A DNA stretch of 48,474 nucleotides from an uncultured Flavobacteriaceae bacterium. Lineage in GTDB: Bacteria > Bacteroidota > Bacteroidia > Flavobacteriales > Flavobacteriaceae. A program made the position numbers and the translations under genes. Under the pieces are notes generated by a model that worked only from the letters and a program-made list of their open reading frames with translations, was not told where the DNA came from and did no database searches. Within the stretch, counting starts at the first letter, position 1; each line of letters opens with the position of its first letter. The stretch lies in assembly GCA_964420345.1 (NCBI GenBank), contig CAYQTF010000001.1, positions 1 through 48,474 on the forward strand. The letters run 5' to 3'. This document shows, in pieces, positions 34,960-42,920 of the stretch.

Positions 34960-35736
34960 ATGACAGGTCAAGAAATAAAAAAATGGAGTGAAATAAACTC
35001 AGGTAAATTATTTGTTTCAAAAGAACATTATCATCATCACGCTTATGAAATTTTAAATACTCATTGTGATTTACGTGATGACTTAATTAATTGTTTGTCA
35101 TCCAAAATACTAATTGAAACACGAATTAAAAAGACTAAAAGCAAAAAGAGTAAAGGAATAAAAGCAGATGTTTTAAATATTGAGTTGAGAAAATTACTTC
35201 AGAACAAACTTGAAAATGAAGTGAAATTTGAAGTCAATGAAGAAAAAGGTGTTTTCTATTTTAGTTCTGAAAAAAGTACAATTGGTGGTTTTGATTTTGC
35301 GATTTTAAATCACACAAAAAATATCAATTCGTTAAGAAATTTATGCTTTGGAGAACTTCATTACCACGAAGGAGAGAAAAGATGGAATGAGTTTTTGAAA
35401 AAAAACAAAGACCTTTCTCACATTGCTAAAGAATTAGAAGGGAAAGAAAATATTGGAATTGACATAGAATTTAAAGAACAAGATACTGATACACCATTAA
35501 TAGTTGGTGAAATACAATTTGGAAATTGGGCTTTAGCATATAGAGATTTTTTTAAAGTCTTAAAAGCAAATGTTCAAAATTCAATTGATTGTTTAGTTTA
35601 TGTCGTTCCTACAGGAGATTTAGAAACAATGTTAAGTGACGGAATTGTAACTTATGACAAAAGTGTGAAAATTTTAAATGATTTTGCTAAAGTAATTTCA
35701 GTTCCTGTTTGGGTAATTGGAATAGATATAAAGTAG
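34960..35736 (+). CDS. Type II restriction endonuclease (PD-(D/E)xK-like; possible BglII/BstYI-like catalytic arrangement)
   Basis: 258-aa ORF starting 2 nt after the methyltransferase. DTDTPLIVGEIQFGN gives D-x8-E-x-Q, the spacing I recall for BglII (Asp84, Glu93, Gln95). Unverified. Confidence 0.55.
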   Translation: MTGQEIKKWSEINSGKLFVSKEHYHHHAYEILNTHCDLRDDLINCLSSKILIETRIKKTKSKKSKGIKADVLNIELRKLLQNKLENEVKFEVNEEKGVFYFSSEKSTIGGFDFAILNHTKNINSLRNLCFGELHYHEGEKRWNEFLKKNKDLSHIAKELEGKENIGIDIEFKEQDTDTPLIVGEIQFGNWALAYRDFFKVLKANVQNSIDCLVYVVPTGDLETMLSDGIVTYDKSVKILNDFAKVISVPVWVIGIDIK

Positions 35737-36029
35737 CCAATGCTCAAGGTATGTCTTTGCCAACACTATCAGCAGAACGTGAAGAACAACCAGTTGGTAA
35801 TACTAAAGAAAAATAATAGCGGTTTTAGTACTAAATTCAAGGTTTTTGGTTCGTATCAAACTTTGTACTTAACCAAAAGTTTCGTACTTCGAAATCGCCT
35901 ACTTTTCATATACTAACTGAAAAACGTAATTACACAATTCAAGTAAGTTGCGTTCTTATAATAATACAAAATACACCTAAAAACTTTACAACTTAGCACT
36001 TTTAAGAAAACCTAAAAAACTAAGAAACC

Positions 36030-36896
36030 TTACAACTCACCAACAATCAACTCTTTCAATTCATCTGAAACAGCGATTAAAGGTAATCTCACATTAGTTT
36101 CCATAATATTTTTATGATTTAAGACACATTTAATTCCCGCAGGATTTCCTTCGGCAAAAATCAGATTGGTAAGATTGTCTAATTCAAATTGAATTTCATA
36201 AGCTTGTTTTGCTTTGTCATTTAAACCGTAATTTATCATTTTAGTAAATTCGGTTGGCATTCCTTGACCGATAACACTAATAACACCAGATCCGCCAGCA
36301 AGAACTGAAGTTAATCCTAAAGCATCATCACCAGAAATTACATGAAAATCGGTTGGTTTATTTTTAAGAATCTCAAAAGTTTGAGAAATATCACTTGCGG
36401 CATCTTTTACAGCAACAATATTTTTACAATCGTTTGCTAAACGAATTATGGTTTTTGGTTCTACATTTTTACCAGTTCTGTGTGGTACATTATATAGAAT
36501 TATTGCTTTATCGGTAGCATTAGCAATCATTTTAAAATGCTGATAAATACCTTCTTGCGTTGGTTTGTTATAATAAGGTGAAACCGATAAAATAGCACAA
36601 AAATCGTCTAAATTAGTAGCTATAATTTCATCTATAATTTGTTGTGTAGAATTTCCACCAATTCCTAAAACTAAAGGTAGTCTTTTATTATTTACAGCAA
36701 CAATTTTAGCAATTACTTTTTGTTTTTCTTCTTTAGTAAGTGTTGCAGGTTCGCCAGTTGTACCTAATATTACCAAGTAATCAATATTGTTATCTATCTG
36801 AAAATCAACCAGTCTCTCTAAAGCATTGTAATCTACTTCATTTTCATTAGTGAATGGAGTTACTAATGCAACACCAGTGCCTATTAATTCTTTCAT
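36030..36896 (-). CDS. dapA: 4-hydroxy-tetrahydrodipicolinate synthase
   Basis: GTTGEPATL, YNVP and catalytic Lys in IVAVKDA. Confidence 0.93.
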   Translation of the reverse strand: MKELIGTGVALVTPFTNENEVDYNALERLVDFQIDNNIDYLVILGTTGEPATLTKEEKQKVIAKIVAVNNKRLPLVLGIGGNSTQQIIDEIIATNLDDFCAILSVSPYYNKPTQEGIYQHFKMIANATDKAIILYNVPHRTGKNVEPKTIIRLANDCKNIVAVKDAASDISQTFEILKNKPTDFHVISGDDALGLTSVLAGGSGVISVIGQGMPTEFTKMINYGLNDKAKQAYEIQFELDNLTNLIFAEGNPAGIKCVLNHKNIMETNVRLPLIAVSDELKELIVGEL

Positions 36897-37408
36897 TATA
36901 ATTTATTTAATATTTTTAGATATTTAATTAGTTCTTTATTAAAGGATATTATTTCTTCGTTTTCAACGGCAATCATAAAATCATATAACCTATCGTCAAC
37001 TTCGGCGTAACCAACTTTAAATGAGGCTTTTGATTTAGCAACAATATATTTTTTAAATACGGTATTTGCTTTGGTATAGTCAATTAACATATCAAAATTT
37101 TGATCTAAAAATTGCGTTAATTCATTCGACTTTACAGAACCATTCCATGAAAAATCTTTTTCGAAAAATAAAACACCTCTAAATTCATTAAAACTTTCAC
37201 TAGTATTTTTACAAGTTAATACATGAAAGTTGTTAGAGTCTGAAGCAATTTCTTTTTGTATTCTTTTTAATAATTCAAAATTAAAATTCGAACCTTCATC
37301 TACAATAATACCAACGGAATTTATAGTAGATGCAATATTTAAAGAACCTTTTTTTTCGTTGTTCTTTAAAAGTCTTTCGGTTTTGTTATTTATTATTTTT
37401 GCTTTAAT
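36896..37408 (-). CDS. Conserved hypothetical protein upstream of dapA; real start uncertain (no ATG/GTG/TTG in the upstream part of the open frame)
   Basis: My hand translation shows the minus-strand frame is open from 37423 down to the stop at 36896-36898 (FNFLSIKAKIINNKTERLLKNNEKKGSLNIASTINSVGIIVDEG ... MLIDYTK ...). The track only reports the last 64 aa. Stop and dapA start overlap (TAATG). Confidence 0.5.
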   Translation of the reverse strand: MKAKIINNKTERLLKNNEKKGSLNIASTINSVGIIVDEGSNFNFELLKRIQKEIASDSNNFHVLTCKNTSESFNEFRGVLFFEKDFSWNGSVKSNELTQFLDQNFDMLIDYTKANTVFKKYIVAKSKASFKVGYAEVDDRLYDFMIAVENEEIISFNKELIKYLKILNKL

Positions 37409-37592
37409 ACTTAAAAAATTAAATTATATTTACAAAATTGAATGGCTAAATTAAACTATATTTAATAGACACAAAAATTATTTTTTTAAAATTGTTGGAA
37501 TTAATTCAAATATTTAAGACAATATTAAATTAGCGTATATTTGATGCCACAATTTTTAACGATTCAAAAATGCAAAAAACAACATAAGTTAA

Positions 37593-38519
37593 ATGAATAA
37601 TCCATTAGACCAATTAAAATTAAATTTCGATACAGATTCGCTTTGGGTAGTTAATATTTTATTAGCAATAATAATGTTAGGTGTTGCTTTAGATATAAAA
37701 ATATCGGATTTCAAAAGCCTTTTTAAAAAACCAAAAATAGTATTAATTGGTGTCTTGTTACAGTTTTTGATTGTTCCGTTAGTAACTTTACTATTAATTT
37801 ACATTTTAAAACCTCAAGCAAGTTTAGCTTTAGGATTGCTAATGGTTGCCGCTTGTCCTGGCGGAAATGTATCTAATTTTATGACTAAATTAGCAAAAGG
37901 TAATACTGCATTATCGGTAAGTTTAACTGCTTTTGCAACTGCAATGGCATTGTTTATGACGCCAATTAATTTAGCAATTTGGGCAAATTTTTATCAACCA
38001 ACAGCAGAAATTTTAAAAGAAGTAAACTTAAATCCGTTAAAAGTATTAGAAATAGTTGTTTTAATACTAGGAATTCCACTAATTGTAGGAATGCTAATTA
38101 GACATTTTAAACCTAAAATTGCAACTATTGCGTCCAAAATTTTAAAACCAGTTTCTATATTAATTTTAGTTATTTTTATTGCAGGTGCTTTTTATGATAA
38201 TTTCGACGTTTTTATAAAACACATTCATCATGCATTTTATTTAGTAGTAATATTAAATGCATTGTTATTTATGGTTGGTTTTCAAACGGCAAAATTTATG
38301 AAACTATCTTACGAGAATCAAAAAACGTTAAGTATCGAAACAGGTATCCAAAATTCTGGTTTAGGTTTGTTATTAGTATTTTTGTTTTTTAGTAACCTTG
38401 GTGGCATGGCTTTAGTAGTAGCCTTTTGGTCTGTTTGGGATATTTTTTCAGGATTATTATTAGCGTATTTTTGGTCACGAAAAGACAAAAGAAATAAACA
38501 AAAAAATGTAATGGCGTAA
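37593..38519 (+). CDS. Bile acid:sodium symporter (BASS) family transporter
   Basis: ACPGGNVSNF motif; about 9 TM helices. Confidence 0.8.
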   Translation: MNNPLDQLKLNFDTDSLWVVNILLAIIMLGVALDIKISDFKSLFKKPKIVLIGVLLQFLIVPLVTLLLIYILKPQASLALGLLMVAACPGGNVSNFMTKLAKGNTALSVSLTAFATAMALFMTPINLAIWANFYQPTAEILKEVNLNPLKVLEIVVLILGIPLIVGMLIRHFKPKIATIASKILKPVSILILVIFIAGAFYDNFDVFIKHIHHAFYLVVILNALLFMVGFQTAKFMKLSYENQKTLSIETGIQNSGLGLLLVFLFFSNLGGMALVVAFWSVWDIFSGLLLAYFWSRKDKRNKQKNVMA

Positions 38520-38522
38520 ATT

Positions 38523-39539
38523 ATGAATATACTTTATTTGATTGTCCGTTTTTATGTGCGAGTTGGTTTGCATTTATTTTATAAAAAAATTCATGTTAAA
38601 GGTTTGGATAATATTCCTAAAAACGGAACCGTTTTGTTTGTAGCAAATCATCAAAATGCAATGATGGATCCTATTTTAATAGCTACAGAAACTCCTAGAG
38701 CTTTATATTTTTTAGCTAGAGCAAGTGCGTTTAAAAATAAAATTGGTGCTAAGTTGTTAAATGCAATCAATGCAATTGCTATTTATAGAGTACGTGATGG
38801 CGTAAACTCTAAAAAATTAAATGAAGCTGTTTTTGATAAATGTAATATGTTATTAAATAAAAATAAAAGTATTCTTATTTTCCCAGAAGGAAGTCATAGT
38901 GAATTAAGAAAAATAAGAGCATTAAGAGCAGGTTTTACAAGAATTACGTTTGATTATTTAGATAAAAACCCAGATAAAGAATTTTATATTATTCCTATAG
39001 GTATGAATTATAGCAATACAAAAGACTACGCAAAAGAAGTTGCTATAATTTACGGTAAACCAATATTGGCATCTCAATTTTATGATAAAAATGATATAAA
39101 AAAATCTATAAGTTTAATTATTGATCAGGTTACTAAAAGTTTAGAAGAAATAACCGTTCATATTGATGATGAAGAGAATTATTTCGAAATATTAAATTCG
39201 ATTTCTGAAAAAGAGTTTTTAACACCAAAAGAGACAAATCAGAAAATCCAGCATTTAACATTCAACATTCAACATTCCAAATCTAAAACAAAAAACATGT
39301 TCTATTACTTATTAATTTTAAATAGCATTCCACCATTTTTGATTTGGCGTTGGTTAAAATCAAAAGTAAAACAAAAGGAATTTATTTCAACCGCAAAATT
39401 TAGTTTGGGGTTGACTGTTTTTCCGTTAACTTATTTTATTCAGGCATTAATAATAAATCATTTTTTCGGTAATTTATATGCGTTAATTTATGTTGTTTTT
39501 TGTTTTGTGGTAGTATTATTAAGTACAAAAACAAGGTGA
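38523..39539 (+). CDS. Lysophospholipid / 1-acyl-glycerol-3-phosphate acyltransferase family protein
   Basis: HxxxxD motif (NHQNAMMD) and FPEGSH motif. C-terminal TM helices. Confidence 0.75.
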   Translation: MNILYLIVRFYVRVGLHLFYKKIHVKGLDNIPKNGTVLFVANHQNAMMDPILIATETPRALYFLARASAFKNKIGAKLLNAINAIAIYRVRDGVNSKKLNEAVFDKCNMLLNKNKSILIFPEGSHSELRKIRALRAGFTRITFDYLDKNPDKEFYIIPIGMNYSNTKDYAKEVAIIYGKPILASQFYDKNDIKKSISLIIDQVTKSLEEITVHIDDEENYFEILNSISEKEFLTPKETNQKIQHLTFNIQHSKSKTKNMFYYLLILNSIPPFLIWRWLKSKVKQKEFISTAKFSLGLTVFPLTYFIQALIINHFFGNLYALIYVVFCFVVVLLSTKTR

Positions 39540-39594
39540 TGTTATCGAAAATATTATTTTTTTTACTATTAAATAGGACATTAGATTTTTTTTT

Positions 39595-39662
39595 GAACCA
39601 CAAAAGGCACAAAAGACCATAGAAGTCTTGTGTTATCTTTTGTGCCTTTTGTGGTTCTTTTT
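39595..39662 (+). terminator. 22-bp perfect-stem terminator after the acyltransferase gene
   Basis: GAACCACAAAAGGCACAAAAGA (39595-39616) pairs perfectly with 39636-39657 and is followed by TTTTT. Confidence 0.8.
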
Positions 39663-39792
39663 GTAAAGCGATTACGTATAATAAATTCTAAATTAATTTT
39701 TCTTTGTCAATTAAACTGCTATGACTATATTGCAACCTTAATAATAATGATAATCTTTTTAGAAGATTAAAAGACCCCTATAAACATTAAAG

Positions 39793-41772
39793 ATGTTAGA
39801 CAATAAAGAGCAAGACGAAAATTTAGTAAATAGTAATTCTGAAAATACAGAAAACACTAAAGTGGAAGAACAAGTAGTTGAAAAAGAAAATTCAGAAAAC
39901 AAACCTGAAGAAGTAACAACGAAACCAGAAGAAGCGGAAAAATCAGAAGTTGCCACGGAAGAAATTGGTAATAATAAGTCTGAAGAAAAAGAAAACACAG
40001 AAAGTACTACAGAAGAAGTAGAAACAAAGTCCGAAGAAAAAGAAATTAAAGAGGAAAAGTCTAAAACAGATTTCACAGATTTCGGTTTCGAAGAATTGAC
40101 CAGTTTTCTTAAAAACATCATTAGTAGTGAACCAATTCAAAGCATTAAGAATGATGTAAACGAATTAAAAATAAACTTTAATAAAAAATTTGATGCTTAT
40201 ATAGCAACAGAAAAAGCAAAATTTATCGAAGAAGGTGGCAATGAAATAGACTTTCATTACACAACGCCTTTAAAGAAAAATTTCTATAATGTTTTTAATG
40301 AATATCGTGATAAGGTAAAGCATTTTTATAATCAAAAAGAGCAAGAACGTAAAAATAATTATATCAATAAAATTGCATTAATTGAAGATTTGAAAATGTT
40401 GATTTCAAGTTCAGAATCTTCCACAATGTATAATGATTTAAAAGAGATTCAAGAAAAATGGCGTTCGTTTGGACCAGTGCCATTCGAAAAAAACGATGAT
40501 ACTTGGCGTACTTTTAGATTCCATGAACAAAAAGTATATGATTTTTTACATTTAAGATCGGATTTCAGAAACTTAGATTTTAAACATAATTTAGAAAAGA
40601 AAACTAAATATGTAGCACGTGCCGAAGAATTAACAAAAGAGCCAGATAATGCAAAAGCATTTAAAGAATTACAAATACTTCATAGAATTTGGAAAGAAGA
40701 TGTTGGTCCTGTCGCAAGAGAGTTTCGAGAAGAAATTTGGGAGAAATTTAGCGCAGCTACAAAAATAATTCATGATAAAAGACGTGAATTGTTTTCTGAA
40801 TTAGAAGCGAAATGGGAAGAAAATATTCCTAAAAAAGAAGAGGTAATTCAGAAAATAAATGAACTAACTATCGAAAATATTACTTCACATAATTTATGGC
40901 AAAACAAAATTAAAGAATTAGAAACTTTAAGAGACGAATTTTTTAAAATAGGTAAAGTCACTAAAGAAAAGAAAGATGAGTTATGGGAATCTTTACGTGA
41001 AGCAACAAGAATTTTTAATCAAAAGAAAAATGAATATTATAAAGATGTAAAGTCAGAGCATCAAGTAAATTTAGATAAAAAAAGAGCGTTAATCGAAAAA
41101 GCGTTGTCTTTAAAAGACAGCGAAGATTTTGAGGAAACATCTAATATTTATAAAAAAATTCAAGCAGAATGGAAAACAATTGGTCATGTACCTAGAAAAT
41201 TTTCAGATAAATTATGGAAAGAATTTAGAAGTGTTTGTAATGAATTTTTTGATAAAATGTATAAAGTTCAAGATGATGCAAACGAAGAATTAATGGTCGT
41301 TTTTAATGCTAAAAAAGAATATTTAGATAAGTTAAAAGAAGACGTAAAAGATGTTGAAGTAGTCGCCTTAGATAAAATTAAAACATTCATTAAAGAATGG
41401 AAAGAATTTGGTCAAGTCCCACAAAAAATGCGATTTATCGAATCTAAATTTAACAAAGTAATCGATAAATTATTTTCCAAATTAGATATGGATAAAAATG
41501 AATCAATAATGTTACGTTTTAAAAATAATATCGACGCTTATCTTGAACAAAAAAATATAAGAAAATTAGATGGTGAAACATTTTTTATTCGTAAAAAAAT
41601 AGAGGAGATTACTAAGGAGATTAAATTGTTAGAAAACAATTTGGGTTTCTTTAAGCACACACCTAAAGACAATCCTTTAGTAAAAGGAGTCTATAAAAAT
41701 ATAGAAAAACACCAAGCCGACTTAGATACTTGGAAACAAAAAATAAAATACTTAAGATCAATAGATTATTAA
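39793..41772 (+). CDS. DUF349 repeat protein with an acidic low-complexity N-terminus
   Basis: Repeated W(K/R)xxGxVP ... LWxxF modules (WRSFGPVP, WKEDVGPVA, WKTIGHVP, WKEFGQVP). Confidence 0.7.
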   Translation: MLDNKEQDENLVNSNSENTENTKVEEQVVEKENSENKPEEVTTKPEEAEKSEVATEEIGNNKSEEKENTESTTEEVETKSEEKEIKEEKSKTDFTDFGFEELTSFLKNIISSEPIQSIKNDVNELKINFNKKFDAYIATEKAKFIEEGGNEIDFHYTTPLKKNFYNVFNEYRDKVKHFYNQKEQERKNNYINKIALIEDLKMLISSSESSTMYNDLKEIQEKWRSFGPVPFEKNDDTWRTFRFHEQKVYDFLHLRSDFRNLDFKHNLEKKTKYVARAEELTKEPDNAKAFKELQILHRIWKEDVGPVAREFREEIWEKFSAATKIIHDKRRELFSELEAKWEENIPKKEEVIQKINELTIENITSHNLWQNKIKELETLRDEFFKIGKVTKEKKDELWESLREATRIFNQKKNEYYKDVKSEHQVNLDKKRALIEKALSLKDSEDFEETSNIYKKIQAEWKTIGHVPRKFSDKLWKEFRSVCNEFFDKMYKVQDDANEELMVVFNAKKEYLDKLKEDVKDVEVVALDKIKTFIKEWKEFGQVPQKMRFIESKFNKVIDKLFSKLDMDKNESIMLRFKNNIDAYLEQKNIRKLDGETFFIRKKIEEITKEIKLLENNLGFFKHTPKDNPLVKGVYKNIEKHQADLDTWKQKIKYLRSIDY

Positions 41773-41806
41773 TTTTCAGACTAAAGACTAAGAATAAAAA
41801 CAAAAA

Positions 41807-41956
41807 ATCTGTGAAATCTGTGAGTTCTGTGTGATCAAAGACTAAAAACAAAAAACAAAAAACAAAAATCCGTGAGATCTGTGAGTTCTGCGTGACCAAA
41901 GACCAAAGACAAAAAACAAAAATCCGTGAGATCTGTGAATTCTGCGTGACCAAAGA
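41807..41956. repeat. Three tandem ~54-61-bp repeats built from ATCTGTGA-like octamers and AAAGAC words
   Basis: Cores at 41807-41842, 41868-41903 and 41922-41956 (ATC[T/C]GTGA[A/G]ATCTGTGA[G/A]TTCTG[T/C]GTGA[T/C]CAAAGA). Confidence 0.85.
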
Positions 41957-41982
41957 AAGACTAAAGACTAAAAACAAACAAT

Positions 41983-42798
41983 ATGTACAATTTATTAAAA
42001 GGTAAAAAAGGAATCATATTTGGAGCATTAGATGAAAACTCCATTGCTTGGAAAATTGCAGAGAGAGCACATGAAGAAGGAGCAACTTTTGTTTTAACAA
42101 ATGCACCAGTAGCATTGCGAATGGGAGCAATAAACGAATTAGCAAAAAAAACAAATTCCGAAGTAATTCCTGCAGATGCAACTTCTATGGAAGATTTAGA
42201 AAATTTAGTATCTAAATCAATGGAAATTTTAGGTGGTAAATTAGATTTTGTTTTACATTCAATAGGAATGTCTGTTAATGTTAGAAAAGGAGTTCGTTAT
42301 ACCGAACAAAATTATAAATTTACAGAAAAAGGTTGGGATATATCTGCGGTTTCCTTTCATAAAGTGATGAATGTTTTATATCATAATGACGCAATGAATC
42401 AATGGGGAAGTATTGTAGCATTAACTTATATGGCAGCGCAAAGAGTTTTTCCAGATTATAATGATATGGCAGATAACAAAGCGTATTTAGAATCTATTGC
42501 TCGTAGTTTTGGTTATTTCTTCGGAACAGAAAAGAAAGTACGTGTAAATACCATTTCTCAATCTCCAACACCTACAACTGCTGGTTCTGGTGTAAAAGGT
42601 TTTGATGGATTTTTTAATTATGCAGAAAAAATGTCACCTTTAGGTAATGCGACAGCTTTAGAATGTGCAGATTATACCATTTCTTTATTTTCCGACTTAA
42701 CCAAAAAAGTTACTTTACAAAATTTATTTCATGACGGCGGATTCTCAAATATGGGCGTAAGCCAATCTATTATTGAAAATTTTTCAAATAATGAATAG
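41983..42798 (+). CDS. fabI: Enoyl-ACP reductase FabI (SDR family)
   Basis: GKKGIIFGALDENSIAWKIA N-terminus and a Y-x6-K catalytic pair (YNDMADNK). Confidence 0.85.
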   Translation: MYNLLKGKKGIIFGALDENSIAWKIAERAHEEGATFVLTNAPVALRMGAINELAKKTNSEVIPADATSMEDLENLVSKSMEILGGKLDFVLHSIGMSVNVRKGVRYTEQNYKFTEKGWDISAVSFHKVMNVLYHNDAMNQWGSIVALTYMAAQRVFPDYNDMADNKAYLESIARSFGYFFGTEKKVRVNTISQSPTPTTAGSGVKGFDGFFNYAEKMSPLGNATALECADYTISLFSDLTKKVTLQNLFHDGGFSNMGVSQSIIENFSNNE

Positions 42799-42920
42799 GG
42801 AAAATTAAAATGAAATTGTTTTAATTAAAATTGAATTAAGTCAAAATTTTGATAATCAAAATAATAATGATAAATTTATCCCTTTTAAAAAAATAAACTA
42901 ACTATAGAAACCTTATATAA

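Noticed and set aside
33192-35747. 11/12-bp direct repeat GC(T/C)AATGCTCAA as att sites of the R-M cassette
   Set aside because: A rough estimate for AT-rich flanks of this size gives about one or two such matches by chance. It is kept only as a remark inside the R-M finding.
35739-35918. 59-codon plus-strand ORF after the restriction gene
   Set aside because: It has no recognisable motif or promoter context and its composition looks like random AT-rich sequence. It is treated as part of the insertion scar.
41663-41977. 104-aa minus-strand ORF (LVTQNSQISRIFVFC repeated)
   Set aside because: It is an artefact of the three-unit tandem repeat in the DUF349-fabI spacer, and it overlaps the 3' end of the DUF349 gene.
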